In this document: positions 39,224-48,829 of the stretch, one piece after another | How positions within the stretch are numbered: the stretch's first letter is position 1 | How the letters are laid out: each line of letters starts with the position of its first letter | DNA from: Myxococcota bacterium | GTDB lineage: Bacteria > Myxococcota_A > Bradymonadia > UBA7976 > UBA1532 | Length of the DNA stretch: 64,000 nt | Assembly (NCBI GenBank): GCA_036337435.1 | Contig: JAYZEG010000066.1 | Span: forward strand, 1 to 64,000 | Reading direction: 5' to 3' | The notes under the pieces: generated by a model | Seen by the model: the letters and a program-made list of their open reading frames with translations, nothing else | Databases searched by the model: none | Told to the model about the DNA's origin: nothing | Program-made: the position numbers and the translations under genes

Positions 39224-40558
39224 TCACTGGACGTAACTACTTCCCCAATACAAAACACGTCTTGGAAACGGGGCTGCAGCCGCGCCCACGCGAGGCGTAT
39301 CCTCTCCGCCTGGAGATGCAATCTTGATGGCTACATCATTTTTACCATCGGACAGAAAGTCATCATCCAAACTGCCCGGTACAAGTTCGCCCGTTTTACG
39401 CTCGATCCGTGCACTGCCGCCACCGCGCCCATTTCCGCCTCGGCCGGCGGCCAAGTTCAGTATCACTTCCGTTGTCGGCTCTTCATCTTCTTTGCAGGAT
39501 GGGCTGACAACCAGAGCAACCCCAAAAGCAACTCGACCGCTGGGTAATCGGATCGCAATTGCATCGATTACCCGCTGACCATCATTGGTGACCAACGTGG
39601 GTAAAATAGGCACCACATTTTGTACACGGCCATCGGTGGTAAAATAGTTGTCGGTGGTCTTATCCACATGAACGCCATATAGGCGGCCACGTTCAAGTGT
39701 GCTCCCATCGTTGAACGGACCTGTCTCCACCGTTGTGAAGTATGCACCGCCACTCCGAACAGCCACCTCGCCGCTGAGCTGTTCCTTTTGTCGCAACGGC
39801 ATTTTCCAAACCAATTTAGACTGAAATTCAAGCCGATCATTCCCTCCAAGAGTCAGCACATCCGACAGACTGAAAAGATGGGGTGCACTCGCCTCTGCTC
39901 GATAAGAGTAACCGGTGCCAAAAATGATCCCAATCTGCCCGTTCTCACGCTGAAATACAGCAGGTCGAGCGGTGATCTCACGCCCGATCTGATAAAACTC
40001 TGCGTCGGCATCATCAGCCATGGGCCACGCAATGCTCATCTCCCATCGATTTGGATTTGCAGACCGGAGGTCGATACGCCAAAGACGACCCATCGCATCC
40101 CCCAAGTAGGCTCGGCTGGCCGGTGCAAGGCCAATGGCTGGGTATACACTGGGCGAACCAACCATCGGATAGAGCATCTGATCGCCATCTTTGAGTCCAT
40201 TGCCCGTGTAAAATGAACGGATCAGGCTCCCGTCAGAGATTTTTCGAATTTGTACACAGCGCCCACCCGTATTGTCTTGGCGTGCTTGGCCGTTGCTTTC
40301 TCTCGTCGGTGTTGCCCCACCGCACCCGACGATCATCGCTGCAACAACTTGATTACCGATCCGTACGTAGGTCAGAGCCGGTCTTGAAACCGTCTTTCCC
40401 AAGGGGACTTCACTGACGTGATAACCGCTCTCAAGGGTTTGCGCGCCAACCATCGATTGAACGCCTAATGTGCTGAGTGCAACGACTAAGGCCAATCGCA
40501 CGCAAGTGAATGCCTGAATGCCGAACCATCGATATCTAGTCACAGTGTGTTGGCTCAT
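39224..40558 (-). CDS. pilY1: PilY1/PilC beta-propeller C-terminal part, with its own signal peptide
   Basis: LGKTVSRP, YLGDAMGRLWRIDL, IFGTG, YFTT; N-terminal RLALVVALSTLGVQSMVGA; AGGGAGG SD. Confidence 0.75.
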   Translation of the reverse strand: MSQHTVTRYRWFGIQAFTCVRLALVVALSTLGVQSMVGAQTLESGYHVSEVPLGKTVSRPALTYVRIGNQVVAAMIVGCGGATPTRESNGQARQDNTGGRCVQIRKISDGSLIRSFYTGNGLKDGDQMLYPMVGSPSVYPAIGLAPASRAYLGDAMGRLWRIDLRSANPNRWEMSIAWPMADDADAEFYQIGREITARPAVFQRENGQIGIIFGTGYSYRAEASAPHLFSLSDVLTLGGNDRLEFQSKLVWKMPLRQKEQLSGEVAVRSGGAYFTTVETGPFNDGSTLERGRLYGVHVDKTTDNYFTTDGRVQNVVPILPTLVTNDGQRVIDAIAIRLPSGRVAFGVALVVSPSCKEDEEPTTEVILNLAAGRGGNGRGGGSARIERKTGELVPGSLDDDFLSDGKNDVAIKIASPGGEDTPRVGAAAAPFPRRVLYWGSSYVQ

Positions 40559-43020
40559 TGCCCCGCCCTCCCTGTGGCCCCTTGAAAACCCAAACCAGCC
40601 TCCCAGGCCTTGATGGTGTCGTGGGCGAGTGGCTGGTCCTGAGTATTCTCCTTGATTTGCGGCAAGGCATCCGTGATGTCGATGGCAAAAACGTTTCGCC
40701 CAGACTGACCCTGTGCTCCAGCAACGATCGTTCTAAACACAAAATTTTCACTATCAGATGGGCAATCTCTGGCACCATCACCATCCACACTTCGACATAA
40801 GAGCATATCTCGATTGGCCAAAAGTGTATCAGCACCCATCCTGGCTGGGTTTTCAACACCGTGCTTCAAGTTTGGAATCGAGCGTCTATGGACAAAAGAA
40901 AAGACCTCTCGCCCATCGGATGCCCGAAAAAAGTGCACCTGCCCGTCATTCGCACCGCTTACGATCAGGGTTGGGCGTTCACTCTGCTCTTGTTCAAAAC
41001 GTCGGTACCCAGGACTGTCGACAGCGAGCCGAGGCGGCGTCACTGCAATCAAATCACCCTCAATGATCTCACCAAGCTGGCGAACATTTTCCGGATCTGG
41101 TCCACATGCAGGCGTACAGTCACCCCGGTTTTCAGGGGTCGCAGCAGGACCGACGTAGCCGGACAAGGCTTTAAAAGCAATCTCCATGAGGCTGTCGCCC
41201 GGCGCACCGTCCTCGATCTGCGCGACGTCTCGAAAGTCTGATTCGGTCAGACTGGCAGCCCCTCGATAGTCCCCATTTGAATCGAACAGGCTATTTCCAT
41301 TTCCAAGCACAGTAAAGCCTGATTCACCAACACGATTGGGCCGTCGATGGACATTGCCCACAACAGTGCGCATGTCCTGCTGGGCAAGTTTGACCGCAAG
41401 GTCAATTGACTGGCCTTCAATGAGCTTTAACCGGCCCGTATCGGGTTGACCAGCTTGGCGCCTACAGCCAAATGCCGACACATCGATCCGACCGTATCGA
41501 GCACTGGCGGCCAGCGTGCTATACGCAACGACGCGCAGCTGCCGAACTTGGTCATTCACCTCATCGCCTCGATCGGGCGTGATCACCAAGGGCATAACCT
41601 TTGATTTACGATCTGCATCAAGGGAGACTAAGACCCGTTCGATGGCATTACGCATCTCATCCATTGAGCTGACATTGAAGAGGTCGCTGTCATTCGTCAC
41701 CAAGCTGCGCAAATCATCCCGTCTATCATCGGCGAGACCAACGCCAATCACGACAAATCGAAAACCGGGGACAGTCTCCCGCATGGTATCGACGTACGAC
41801 TGCATCGAATTGTAGGGAAAGGACGGTGGCGTCTGGCATCTAAATCCTGTTCGCACACAATTCCGGCTCCCATAAAAATTTGTTTCACCGCCAGACGTAA
41901 TCAGAACCGCCACATGGGTCCTGCGCGCGTAGTTTAAGTCAGGCAGTAAACCGAAACGCTCTGCGGCAGCACCAGACTGAGTTTGGTAGTAGTATTTAAG
42001 GTCATGAATCAAGCCTGTGAGCGGACTAAACCCGAAGGCGGTCAGACGCCGAACCTGATGTTTGATATAGTTGGTATGGCGCTCTAGGCTCACGCCGTCG
42101 TCGGCGACGGGCTCAAATGGCCTGCGGGTTCCATTGAGCAAATCACCGGTATTGCTTGCGATTAAGTCGCCGGGCTGACCACCACCTGGGCCACGAGCAC
42201 CGAAGTTAGGCGCATTGATTGCGTCAGGTGCCGACAATCGAGACACAATGAAGGCGTTCTCGAGCAGGCCTGGAAATCGTTGACTCGCAGCCGAGACCGC
42301 CTGTCTTGTCGTCCCTTCATCTGTACCAAAGGAACTGTTTCTGCCAAGCAAGCGAGGCCAAGTTCGGGATGTTCCAGGGTCGTCATCTAAGGTCATCATG
42401 CCGAATTTGACTCGGGTCGCATAGCGTTCCAGAGCACTGTCGTTAGCGAACCGAAGATCGGGGGTGTTTTCATCGACCAATCGAATGGGACGACACCCAT
42501 CAGGCCTGGCGGGATCAAAATCAAAGCATTGACCTTGAAGGTTGCGATAGAAGATTGCCTCGCCGGCATCATTTGGGTCTGGAACAGCGAGTGCTTCGTC
42601 TCCCATCACCCGACCGGCGTTGACCAACTCCAGATAGCCAGCCTGTGCAACATTGCGCGGGAATTCAGCCTGATCTCGAAAACAAGTAATCAAATTCGGA
42701 TCACCCAAATTATTGATGGGGTTTCCACCGAGGACATTGCGTACCATTTGTAATGCACTGAGATGACGAGTCTGAATCAGCGGTTCGTCAGAGAGCGTGA
42801 CTCGCCTCTCGATCACCCCGTTGACCTCTCTTTCTCTGACCACAAACGACTCGTTACACTCTGGGAGTCTATCAGCACGAGGCGATGTCGGGGCCAATCT
42901 CATCGACGCCGAATTGTCGATAAGAAACATAACCTCAGGCGGCAAATTATCTTGTGCGGTGCCGAGGGCTGGCCAACCGATCAATAATGCCATACAGAAA
43001 TATTTTTTCATCGACGACAC
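40555..43020 (-). CDS. pilY1: PilY1 N-terminal part (vWA-like domain plus first propeller blades)
   Basis: Signal peptide; MFLIDNSASM (DxSxS); GANDGQVHFF, EVFSFV, VFAIDITD; directly follows pilX. Confidence 0.8.
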   Translation of the reverse strand: MSSMKKYFCMALLIGWPALGTAQDNLPPEVMFLIDNSASMRLAPTSPRADRLPECNESFVVREREVNGVIERRVTLSDEPLIQTRHLSALQMVRNVLGGNPINNLGDPNLITCFRDQAEFPRNVAQAGYLELVNAGRVMGDEALAVPDPNDAGEAIFYRNLQGQCFDFDPARPDGCRPIRLVDENTPDLRFANDSALERYATRVKFGMMTLDDDPGTSRTWPRLLGRNSSFGTDEGTTRQAVSAASQRFPGLLENAFIVSRLSAPDAINAPNFGARGPGGGQPGDLIASNTGDLLNGTRRPFEPVADDGVSLERHTNYIKHQVRRLTAFGFSPLTGLIHDLKYYYQTQSGAAAERFGLLPDLNYARRTHVAVLITSGGETNFYGSRNCVRTGFRCQTPPSFPYNSMQSYVDTMRETVPGFRFVVIGVGLADDRRDDLRSLVTNDSDLFNVSSMDEMRNAIERVLVSLDADRKSKVMPLVITPDRGDEVNDQVRQLRVVAYSTLAASARYGRIDVSAFGCRRQAGQPDTGRLKLIEGQSIDLAVKLAQQDMRTVVGNVHRRPNRVGESGFTVLGNGNSLFDSNGDYRGAASLTESDFRDVAQIEDGAPGDSLMEIAFKALSGYVGPAATPENRGDCTPACGPDPENVRQLGEIIEGDLIAVTPPRLAVDSPGYRRFEQEQSERPTLIVSGANDGQVHFFRASDGREVFSFVHRRSIPNLKHGVENPARMGADTLLANRDMLLCRSVDGDGARDCPSDSENFVFRTIVAGAQGQSGRNVFAIDITDALPQIKENTQDQPLAHDTIKAWEAGLGFQGATGRAGQ

Positions 43021-43688
43021 CCCCTCATCGTAATCGGGCCAATCACGACGCCTGCTTTCATCGTATGCTCTGCAAACAGCTCAGCCGCCACTCGGTCATC
43101 GAGCTGCTCAGCATTGGGTTCTTCTTCAGCTGCAATGACCGCGCGTGACTCAAAGTGCATCAGGCAGCACCCCTGTCCATTTCGGCGCAGTGTACGTTCA
43201 TCGTGACCGGGTGGACATGTCCAAGGCTGAAACCCTGTCACAGAGACGCTGTAACTCGGCTTGACACCGGTCGCTACGCCAGCGACCCCGAGGGGAGCAG
43301 GACCAGAGCTAAAAAAGGGCGGTGCTGCCATGGCTCGTTCCGAAATCCGGTTGCCATCTCGATTGTAGACTTCGACCAAACCTCGGGTCGCACCCGCATC
43401 CTGCACGGGGCTCTTTATCTGAAGGGTCGACCATTCCATACCAGGGCCATCACGCAATGGCAGCAAGACGCCTGCCTGACGATTCATGAGAGTGACCGCA
43501 TGATAGAGACCGATCTCAGCGACATGGCGTGCTTGAATCGAAAGTCGTAAATTACCAGAACCGCTCATATTCTGAGTTGCTGAACGCATTGCCATCATCC
43601 CAACGGCCAGCAGCGCGAGAAGGACCACAACTGTGACGATGAGTGCACCACCGCGTTGATGCGTCCGTGTGTGTCGTCTCCCCATCAT
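43008..43688 (-). CDS. pilX: Type IV minor pilin PilX-like
   Basis: QRG|GALIVTVVVL without E5; ARHVAEIGL. Confidence 0.85.
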   Translation of the reverse strand: MMGRRHTRTHQRGGALIVTVVVLLALLAVGMMAMRSATQNMSGSGNLRLSIQARHVAEIGLYHAVTLMNRQAGVLLPLRDGPGMEWSTLQIKSPVQDAGATRGLVEVYNRDGNRISERAMAAPPFFSSGPAPLGVAGVATGVKPSYSVSVTGFQPWTCPPGHDERTLRRNGQGCCLMHFESRAVIAAEEEPNAEQLDDRVAAELFAEHTMKAGVVIGPITMRGCRR

Positions 43689-44911
43689 TGGCCCCGATAC
43701 ATATTGGGTGTTTCAACCTCAGTTTTGAGGGTCATCACACGGGCAAACCCCGTACCCGCTTCTTGGTTGAGCTCGAACCAACTGCGGTCCGCACCAATTC
43801 GATCATCAGCGGCCATCGCCTGGTCAGGTGCCACACGAAACGTTTCATCTTCCCTCGGCGTGCGAATGGCCAGCATCACGTTCAAGCCTCTGATCCGCTG
43901 TGGTCGTTCGTTGAAGATTTGACTTTCACGTTCCGTGGTCCAATTGCCCCGGTCGTCAGTGGGGTCTTCGTCTGGTGCAATGACAGGCCTCGGATCGGCA
44001 CCAAACGCCAAGCTACGCGTATCGTAGGATGCCCAGACCTGGAAATTAACCGCGTATGGTGCCAGGACCATCGCGTCGTCGATGGGTTCTAGACTCACCG
44101 GATCTAATGTTCTCCGAATCAGAAAAGTTGCACCCTCTGTTTGAGGGGCTAACTCAAACTCCGGTGTTGCTTCCAAGATTGCATATTCAACCAATTGAAC
44201 CGGTGTGATGAGACACCCACCGGGCGCGCATTCCGTCGATAAGGCAGGCTCGCCCGCGAGGCAAAGATCATCAAGGAGTCGTAATTCAACCTCGTCGTCT
44301 CCTCGAGATCGTACTTCGGCGACCACCAAGTCACTCTGGCCTGACGGCGACACAATATGGACGAAGGCACGATCCGAGAAATACATAAATCTGGTCAAAG
44401 ATTCGCGCGCCTTTTGCGTTCGCTGGTCTACCAGATTGAGGCGCACCTGACGGCGATTGACCCGCGAAATGGTATACGTAACGCCTTCGGAACGGTCCAC
44501 AAGTAAACGTAATCGATCAGGCCGCAGGTTATTGCCAAAACGAATGAGTGACTCGGGCGTGTCTTGATGGCGTTCGAGCAGTTCGATCGCCCGATGCCCG
44601 GATCGAGTCGAACAAAAGCGCGGATCTCGACCAACGATCCCAACACGCCCACCGAGTTCGATCCCGTTTACAACCGAAAGTCGACCGACGCTCCGTAAAT
44701 CATTTTTTACGTATTCGAGAGCGAAGCGCATGCTTTCCTGCATTTGGACGATTTGCTCTTGTGCATAGTACTGGCGACTGGCCGTGATAAACACCAAATA
44801 GGCTGCCACCATAACGATGCCGGCGAAAAGAAGTGCGACCAAGAGTTCAACAAAAGTAAACCCCCTCTGGGACTGCACAGCTGCCCGTGCTTTGGAGTAT
44901 CTGAGACTCAT
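43685..44911 (-). CDS. pilW: Type IV minor pilin PilW-like
   Basis: QRG|FTFVELLVA; MQESMRFAL...DLR. Confidence 0.88.
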   Translation of the reverse strand: MSLRYSKARAAVQSQRGFTFVELLVALLFAGIVMVAAYLVFITASRQYYAQEQIVQMQESMRFALEYVKNDLRSVGRLSVVNGIELGGRVGIVGRDPRFCSTRSGHRAIELLERHQDTPESLIRFGNNLRPDRLRLLVDRSEGVTYTISRVNRRQVRLNLVDQRTQKARESLTRFMYFSDRAFVHIVSPSGQSDLVVAEVRSRGDDEVELRLLDDLCLAGEPALSTECAPGGCLITPVQLVEYAILEATPEFELAPQTEGATFLIRRTLDPVSLEPIDDAMVLAPYAVNFQVWASYDTRSLAFGADPRPVIAPDEDPTDDRGNWTTERESQIFNERPQRIRGLNVMLAIRTPREDETFRVAPDQAMAADDRIGADRSWFELNQEAGTGFARVMTLKTEVETPNMYRGQ

Positions 44912-45459
44912 TGAGCACTCCGAATCACCGATGGCACCACAACGGAATAGTACTTCGACACGTTTGGCCTAAACTCCTGCGCGCCCTGTTCCGGACAGAC
45001 GGTTCTCATTTCATCTGCGTCCATTGGATTCTTAGACCAGACGACGCGAATGCGAACATTGAGCAATTGTGCATATAGGCCGTCGAGCGGTTCGAACCAA
45101 TAGTGAACACAGAAGCGTTGCCGATTTATGGCGCTCCCAAACTCATCGTCGTCCTCGATATAGGCAAGTCCGTTATGGTCGATGGGGAAATCACCAAAGC
45201 TGTGCCAACGCCGAACATCTTTATTGAGGTGTGGCCCTGGGCGTTGATCACCGATCCACGCAAAGCTCTCCGTCCGCAAAAGGTCGACATGCCGCTCTGC
45301 CAAAGTCATGGCCGCTGACATATCCCGCGCTGAGATATTGGCCAGCATCGTTCCAATTTGGAGAGAGAAAAGTGCCGCAAAACCAACGGCGGCCACGCCG
45401 GATGCAATCAAAACTTCGACAACAGTGAAGCCTGCGTTTCGTCGTAGACGGTTCATCAT
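44908..45459 (-). CDS. pilV: Type IV minor pilin PilV-like
   Basis: NAG|FTVVEVLIA; VRIRVVW. Confidence 0.85.
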   Translation of the reverse strand: MMNRLRRNAGFTVVEVLIASGVAAVGFAALFSLQIGTMLANISARDMSAAMTLAERHVDLLRTESFAWIGDQRPGPHLNKDVRRWHSFGDFPIDHNGLAYIEDDDEFGSAINRQRFCVHYWFEPLDGLYAQLLNVRIRVVWSKNPMDADEMRTVCPEQGAQEFRPNVSKYYSVVVPSVIRSAQ

Positions 45460-46142
45460 TGGCTCACCATCATGCGTGCTGCTCCAAAACCGGGAAAGAT
45501 GATTCGTCTGGCCGCACCAACGCCCTCGAACGCATCACCCCGAGCTTTATAACGTTGAACCCGAACTTCGACGAATTGATCGAGCACTTGTAGATTGGGT
45601 GCAACAACGAAGGTCTGGCCAGCAGGACTCAAACACAGTCTGAGCCGATTGGCTGTAAACCCACCGTCAGAGCCTCTGCGCCAGCCGCTAAAACCAACAT
45701 TCTTTTCGTTCGTTCCCTTATAACCAGGAACGACAGTTCCACCCACCAGGACCGAATTCAAGTAGAGAGCTGCGGCATTGCCCTCTTCGAGGATTTGTTG
45801 ACTTGCTGTTGTGCACGCATTTGTACGTGCTTCTAAAAAGTCTATTCGCCCACCGGGAGTGCCCGCTCTGAACAGAAGAAAGTCGACGATCACGGCACGG
45901 TTCCGTCGCATTGCCTGACTTCGTGCTTGATTGAACATGTGGGTCAATCGAGTCGCAGCACCACTCGCCGCCGCACCACCACTGAACGTTCGCATCGACG
46001 GATACGCCAACATGGTGACCACGATAACAATGGTGACCACCCCCAGCAGTTCGCCGATGGTGAATCCACCCTGCCACCGGCGCGCACTACGGACCTGCAC
46101 ACCGAGGTTCAAACTTGGCTTGTATTCATCTCTGCTATTCAA
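45456..46142 (-). CDS. fimU: Type IV minor pilin FimU/FimT-like
   Basis: QGG|FTIGELL; ARSQAMRRN; first gene of an overlapping minor-pilin operon. Confidence 0.85.
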   Translation of the reverse strand: MNSRDEYKPSLNLGVQVRSARRWQGGFTIGELLGVVTIVIVVTMLAYPSMRTFSGGAAASGAATRLTHMFNQARSQAMRRNRAVIVDFLLFRAGTPGGRIDFLEARTNACTTASQQILEEGNAAALYLNSVLVGGTVVPGYKGTNEKNVGFSGWRRGSDGGFTANRLRLCLSPAGQTFVVAPNLQVLDQFVEVRVQRYKARGDAFEGVGAARRIIFPGFGAARMMVSQ

Positions 46143-46200
46143 CAGTGGTCTCCCCGATTAGCCGACCCATACACAATGAAGCAGCGCCGTCATGACAGAG

Positions 46201-46217
46201 TTGCAAGATCCGGACCT
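46201..46217 (-). promoter_or_regulatory. Putative sigma54 -24/-12 promoter for the pilin operon
   Basis: Minus strand AGGTCCGGATCTTGCAA gives GG-N10-GC with TTGCA. Confidence 0.45.
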
Positions 46218-46279
46218 AAATGCCATCCCCTTAACAACGCTGAATTGGCTGCCAAACACTCAAGACAACTATGCATTTT

Positions 46280-46308
46280 TTGCACACTTGACCAATCATT
46301 GCACACTT
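46280..46308. promoter_or_regulatory. Perfect 10-bp direct repeat, candidate activator site
   Basis: TTGCACACTT at 46280-46289 and 46299-46308, in the divergent intergenic region. Confidence 0.45.
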
Positions 46309-46384
46309 AGTCGAAGGAACCTAACATGACTCATATTCGACAACTTAGGGGCGTCATCGACGCAAACGTCGAGCTGCTATATTC

Positions 46385-47743
46385 ATGGGTGACGATCACA
46401 AAATTGGACTTTGCTTCCTACTGATACTCTTCAGCAGCACGCTCCCGGTAAATGCAGAGCGCTACCATGTCAAATTAGACACAGTATTGAACATGGACAG
46501 GTGGTATTCAGGGTACGAATACATGGTGGAGACCACCGATATTAATCACCGTTTGAGGCTTCACATTTTCGAAGGAACGCCTGGCGATGAATCGACCATC
46601 ACGACCTTCGACATGGCTATATCCAGTGACATTGGGCCCGAAGCGGACGCTTATCGTCAGTGGGGTAGCGGACGGAGAACTAATTTAGAAATCTATCAGG
46701 GGTCGGTAACCCTACTGAAACTGGTTCCAAGAAGTCGAATCAAACTAGGTCGACAAATATTTTGGGATGCCCTCGGCGCAGGCGCGTTCGATGGGATATC
46801 CCTGCAGACAACTCCGTTTTCTATGGTTCATCTGACAGGTCGATTTGGGCAAACCCTGAGGCCGAATACGGCTCGTTTCGGCTATTTCTTACCGTCGCCG
46901 GTCACCGGTGAGCGACGTCGTAGGGGCTATCTCATTGCTGGGCGTTTGCGACTAGAGCCCATGGACGCACTTCACGGTGAGTTCGGCTACCGTCGGCACT
47001 TCAATGACCAGCTTCAAAGAGAGGAAATCTCAGCATCAGCCCGAGTGCAACCAGCCCCTTGGTCCAGCAACACCGTCCTGATTTGCGCTGACTTAATTTT
47101 TGAACAAATCTCCGAATGGCGATTGCTCACAGAATTTGCCTGGGAGCAAAACCGGATTGCACTTGAAGCGGCCTATCTCAGGCCCAGGTTCGATGCTGAC
47201 AGCATCTGGGTCGCCTTCGCACCTGCACCTCATCACTCGGCCTCAGTCAACGCATCCAAATTCATGGGTAAAATTCAACTGGGTGCACGGATCGACGGAA
47301 CGCTTTTCCAAACTGATTTTGACAGCTTAGAGCCCTTTAATACAGCGCATTGGGCAAAAGAAAATACTGCCACCAGGGGGTCTTTATTCGTCAATTATCG
47401 CCTCAGTAGGGGCGGCGTTCCTTCAGGGTCCATGGGCATTCAGGGACACATCAGTCGAGGCTACGGTGGACAATTCACAGCCGTGTCTACAAATACGCAT
47501 ATCCCACTCGCCAACTCTCGGTCTTTCTCGCGCGTATCCATACGCAGCCGTCTCGGCGTTGCACAACTGAGCCGCGATTCATCTCTGGTATGGTCGGGCC
47601 TGTCAAGTTGGGGGCTTGTGGGCGTGGACTGGCGTCCCGATGATGGTGTACTCAGCCAACTCGCGGTTGAGGGCTTTTCGGGTATGCCCGAGTCAGAGCA
47701 TATACGCATTTTTCTTGCCGTCCGTATGGAGAATTTCTGGTGA
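46385..47743 (+). CDS. Outer-membrane beta-barrel (candidate porin of a porin-cytochrome pair)
   Basis: Signal peptide ending VNA; KLGRQ...FDG; alternating strands; aromatic C-terminus ENFW. Confidence 0.7.
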   Translation: MGDDHKIGLCFLLILFSSTLPVNAERYHVKLDTVLNMDRWYSGYEYMVETTDINHRLRLHIFEGTPGDESTITTFDMAISSDIGPEADAYRQWGSGRRTNLEIYQGSVTLLKLVPRSRIKLGRQIFWDALGAGAFDGISLQTTPFSMVHLTGRFGQTLRPNTARFGYFLPSPVTGERRRRGYLIAGRLRLEPMDALHGEFGYRRHFNDQLQREEISASARVQPAPWSSNTVLICADLIFEQISEWRLLTEFAWEQNRIALEAAYLRPRFDADSIWVAFAPAPHHSASVNASKFMGKIQLGARIDGTLFQTDFDSLEPFNTAHWAKENTATRGSLFVNYRLSRGGVPSGSMGIQGHISRGYGGQFTAVSTNTHIPLANSRSFSRVSIRSRLGVAQLSRDSSLVWSGLSSWGLVGVDWRPDDGVLSQLAVEGFSGMPESEHIRIFLAVRMENFW

Positions 47744-48822
47744 GATTCATCATCCGATTAGCCGTATTTATCCTCGTGGCAGCGCAGGCCGTCGCTGCGC
47801 CCCCAGTCGGCGCTGTTCTCGATGTAGGACCGGCCGACGGCAGCGAACGCGTATGCGTTTCGTGTGTTCCATCAACACGAGTGGACAAAGCACCTTCTTT
47901 GCCAGTGATACAGTCCGCCTGCAGCGAATGCCACTCAAACAAAAGACAGCCGTTAGTGGGGCCAGTGCAACCTCATAGTTCACCCGCATTGGAGACCTTT
48001 AGACGAACCCCCGGAATTCAATTCAATCATGAATTACACATTCAGACCATCGCCTGTGGCGGCTGCCATGCTCCGACAAATGAGGGTCAGTTAGCGACGC
48101 CCCTCATGCAGCAATGCATGGATTGTCACACCGAAAACAAAATGAATAATCGTTGTGACCTATGCCACCAGACAGGTGCTGGTGGCGTCTTGAAAACACG
48201 CTTGGGACTTCACACTCTGCGTCCAACTCAGCGAATTCTTCCTGACGTTTTCCATCATACCGATTTTAAAACCAATCATGGACTTCAAGCGAGAACTCAT
48301 AGCCAAACATGCCAGAACTGCCACACGCCTGATGAATGCACGACCTGTCACCAAATGGAGACGCGCATCGGCGTGCACCAGGGTGATTATATTCGGTTCC
48401 ACCCAGTTGAGGCGCGCCACGACCCAACCAGCTGCTCCAGTTGCCACCAGCCGACCACCTTTTGCCGAGATTGCCATAGCCGGGCGGGACTCAGCCCTGC
48501 ACCTGGCCCTAGGCAGTTTGGCCGAACCGATGGTCGGCTTAAGTTTCACCCACCCGGCTTTACTGATTTGCCTGGCACCGCAAGGGGTGCCCAGCACCAT
48601 GCCTTTGCAGCACAAAAAGACCTGAGTTCATGTGCGACATGCCACAGTCCCAATGACTGCGTACGTTGTCATTCAACCAATGCTCCGCTCAGCCTTAGAG
48701 CGTCCCCCCACCCGAAACGCTTTCGATGTGGGAAAGCCCTCGAAGTGAGTGCGAATGGGTGTCGGACATGTCATACTGATATCTTGAGTCTAAGAATTCG
48801 ATGCCAAGCCTTGGGGAACTAA
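47740..48822 (+). CDS. Multiheme c-type cytochrome (11 CxxCH)
   Basis: CSECH, CGGCH, CMDCH, CDLCH, CQNCH, CTTCH, CSSCH, CRDCH, CATCH, CVRCH, CRTCH; signal peptide; GTGA overlap with the barrel gene. Confidence 0.95.
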   Translation: MRFIIRLAVFILVAAQAVAAPPVGAVLDVGPADGSERVCVSCVPSTRVDKAPSLPVIQSACSECHSNKRQPLVGPVQPHSSPALETFRRTPGIQFNHELHIQTIACGGCHAPTNEGQLATPLMQQCMDCHTENKMNNRCDLCHQTGAGGVLKTRLGLHTLRPTQRILPDVFHHTDFKTNHGLQARTHSQTCQNCHTPDECTTCHQMETRIGVHQGDYIRFHPVEARHDPTSCSSCHQPTTFCRDCHSRAGLSPAPGPRQFGRTDGRLKFHPPGFTDLPGTARGAQHHAFAAQKDLSSCATCHSPNDCVRCHSTNAPLSLRASPHPKRFRCGKALEVSANGCRTCHTDILSLRIRCQALGN

Positions 48823-48829
48823 TACGACC

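Noticed and set aside
40500..40620. pilY1 pseudogene or sequencing frameshift
   Set aside because: The downstream ORF has its own SD, an ATGA overlap and a signal-peptide-like N-terminus. An error is unlikely but needs read-level confirmation.
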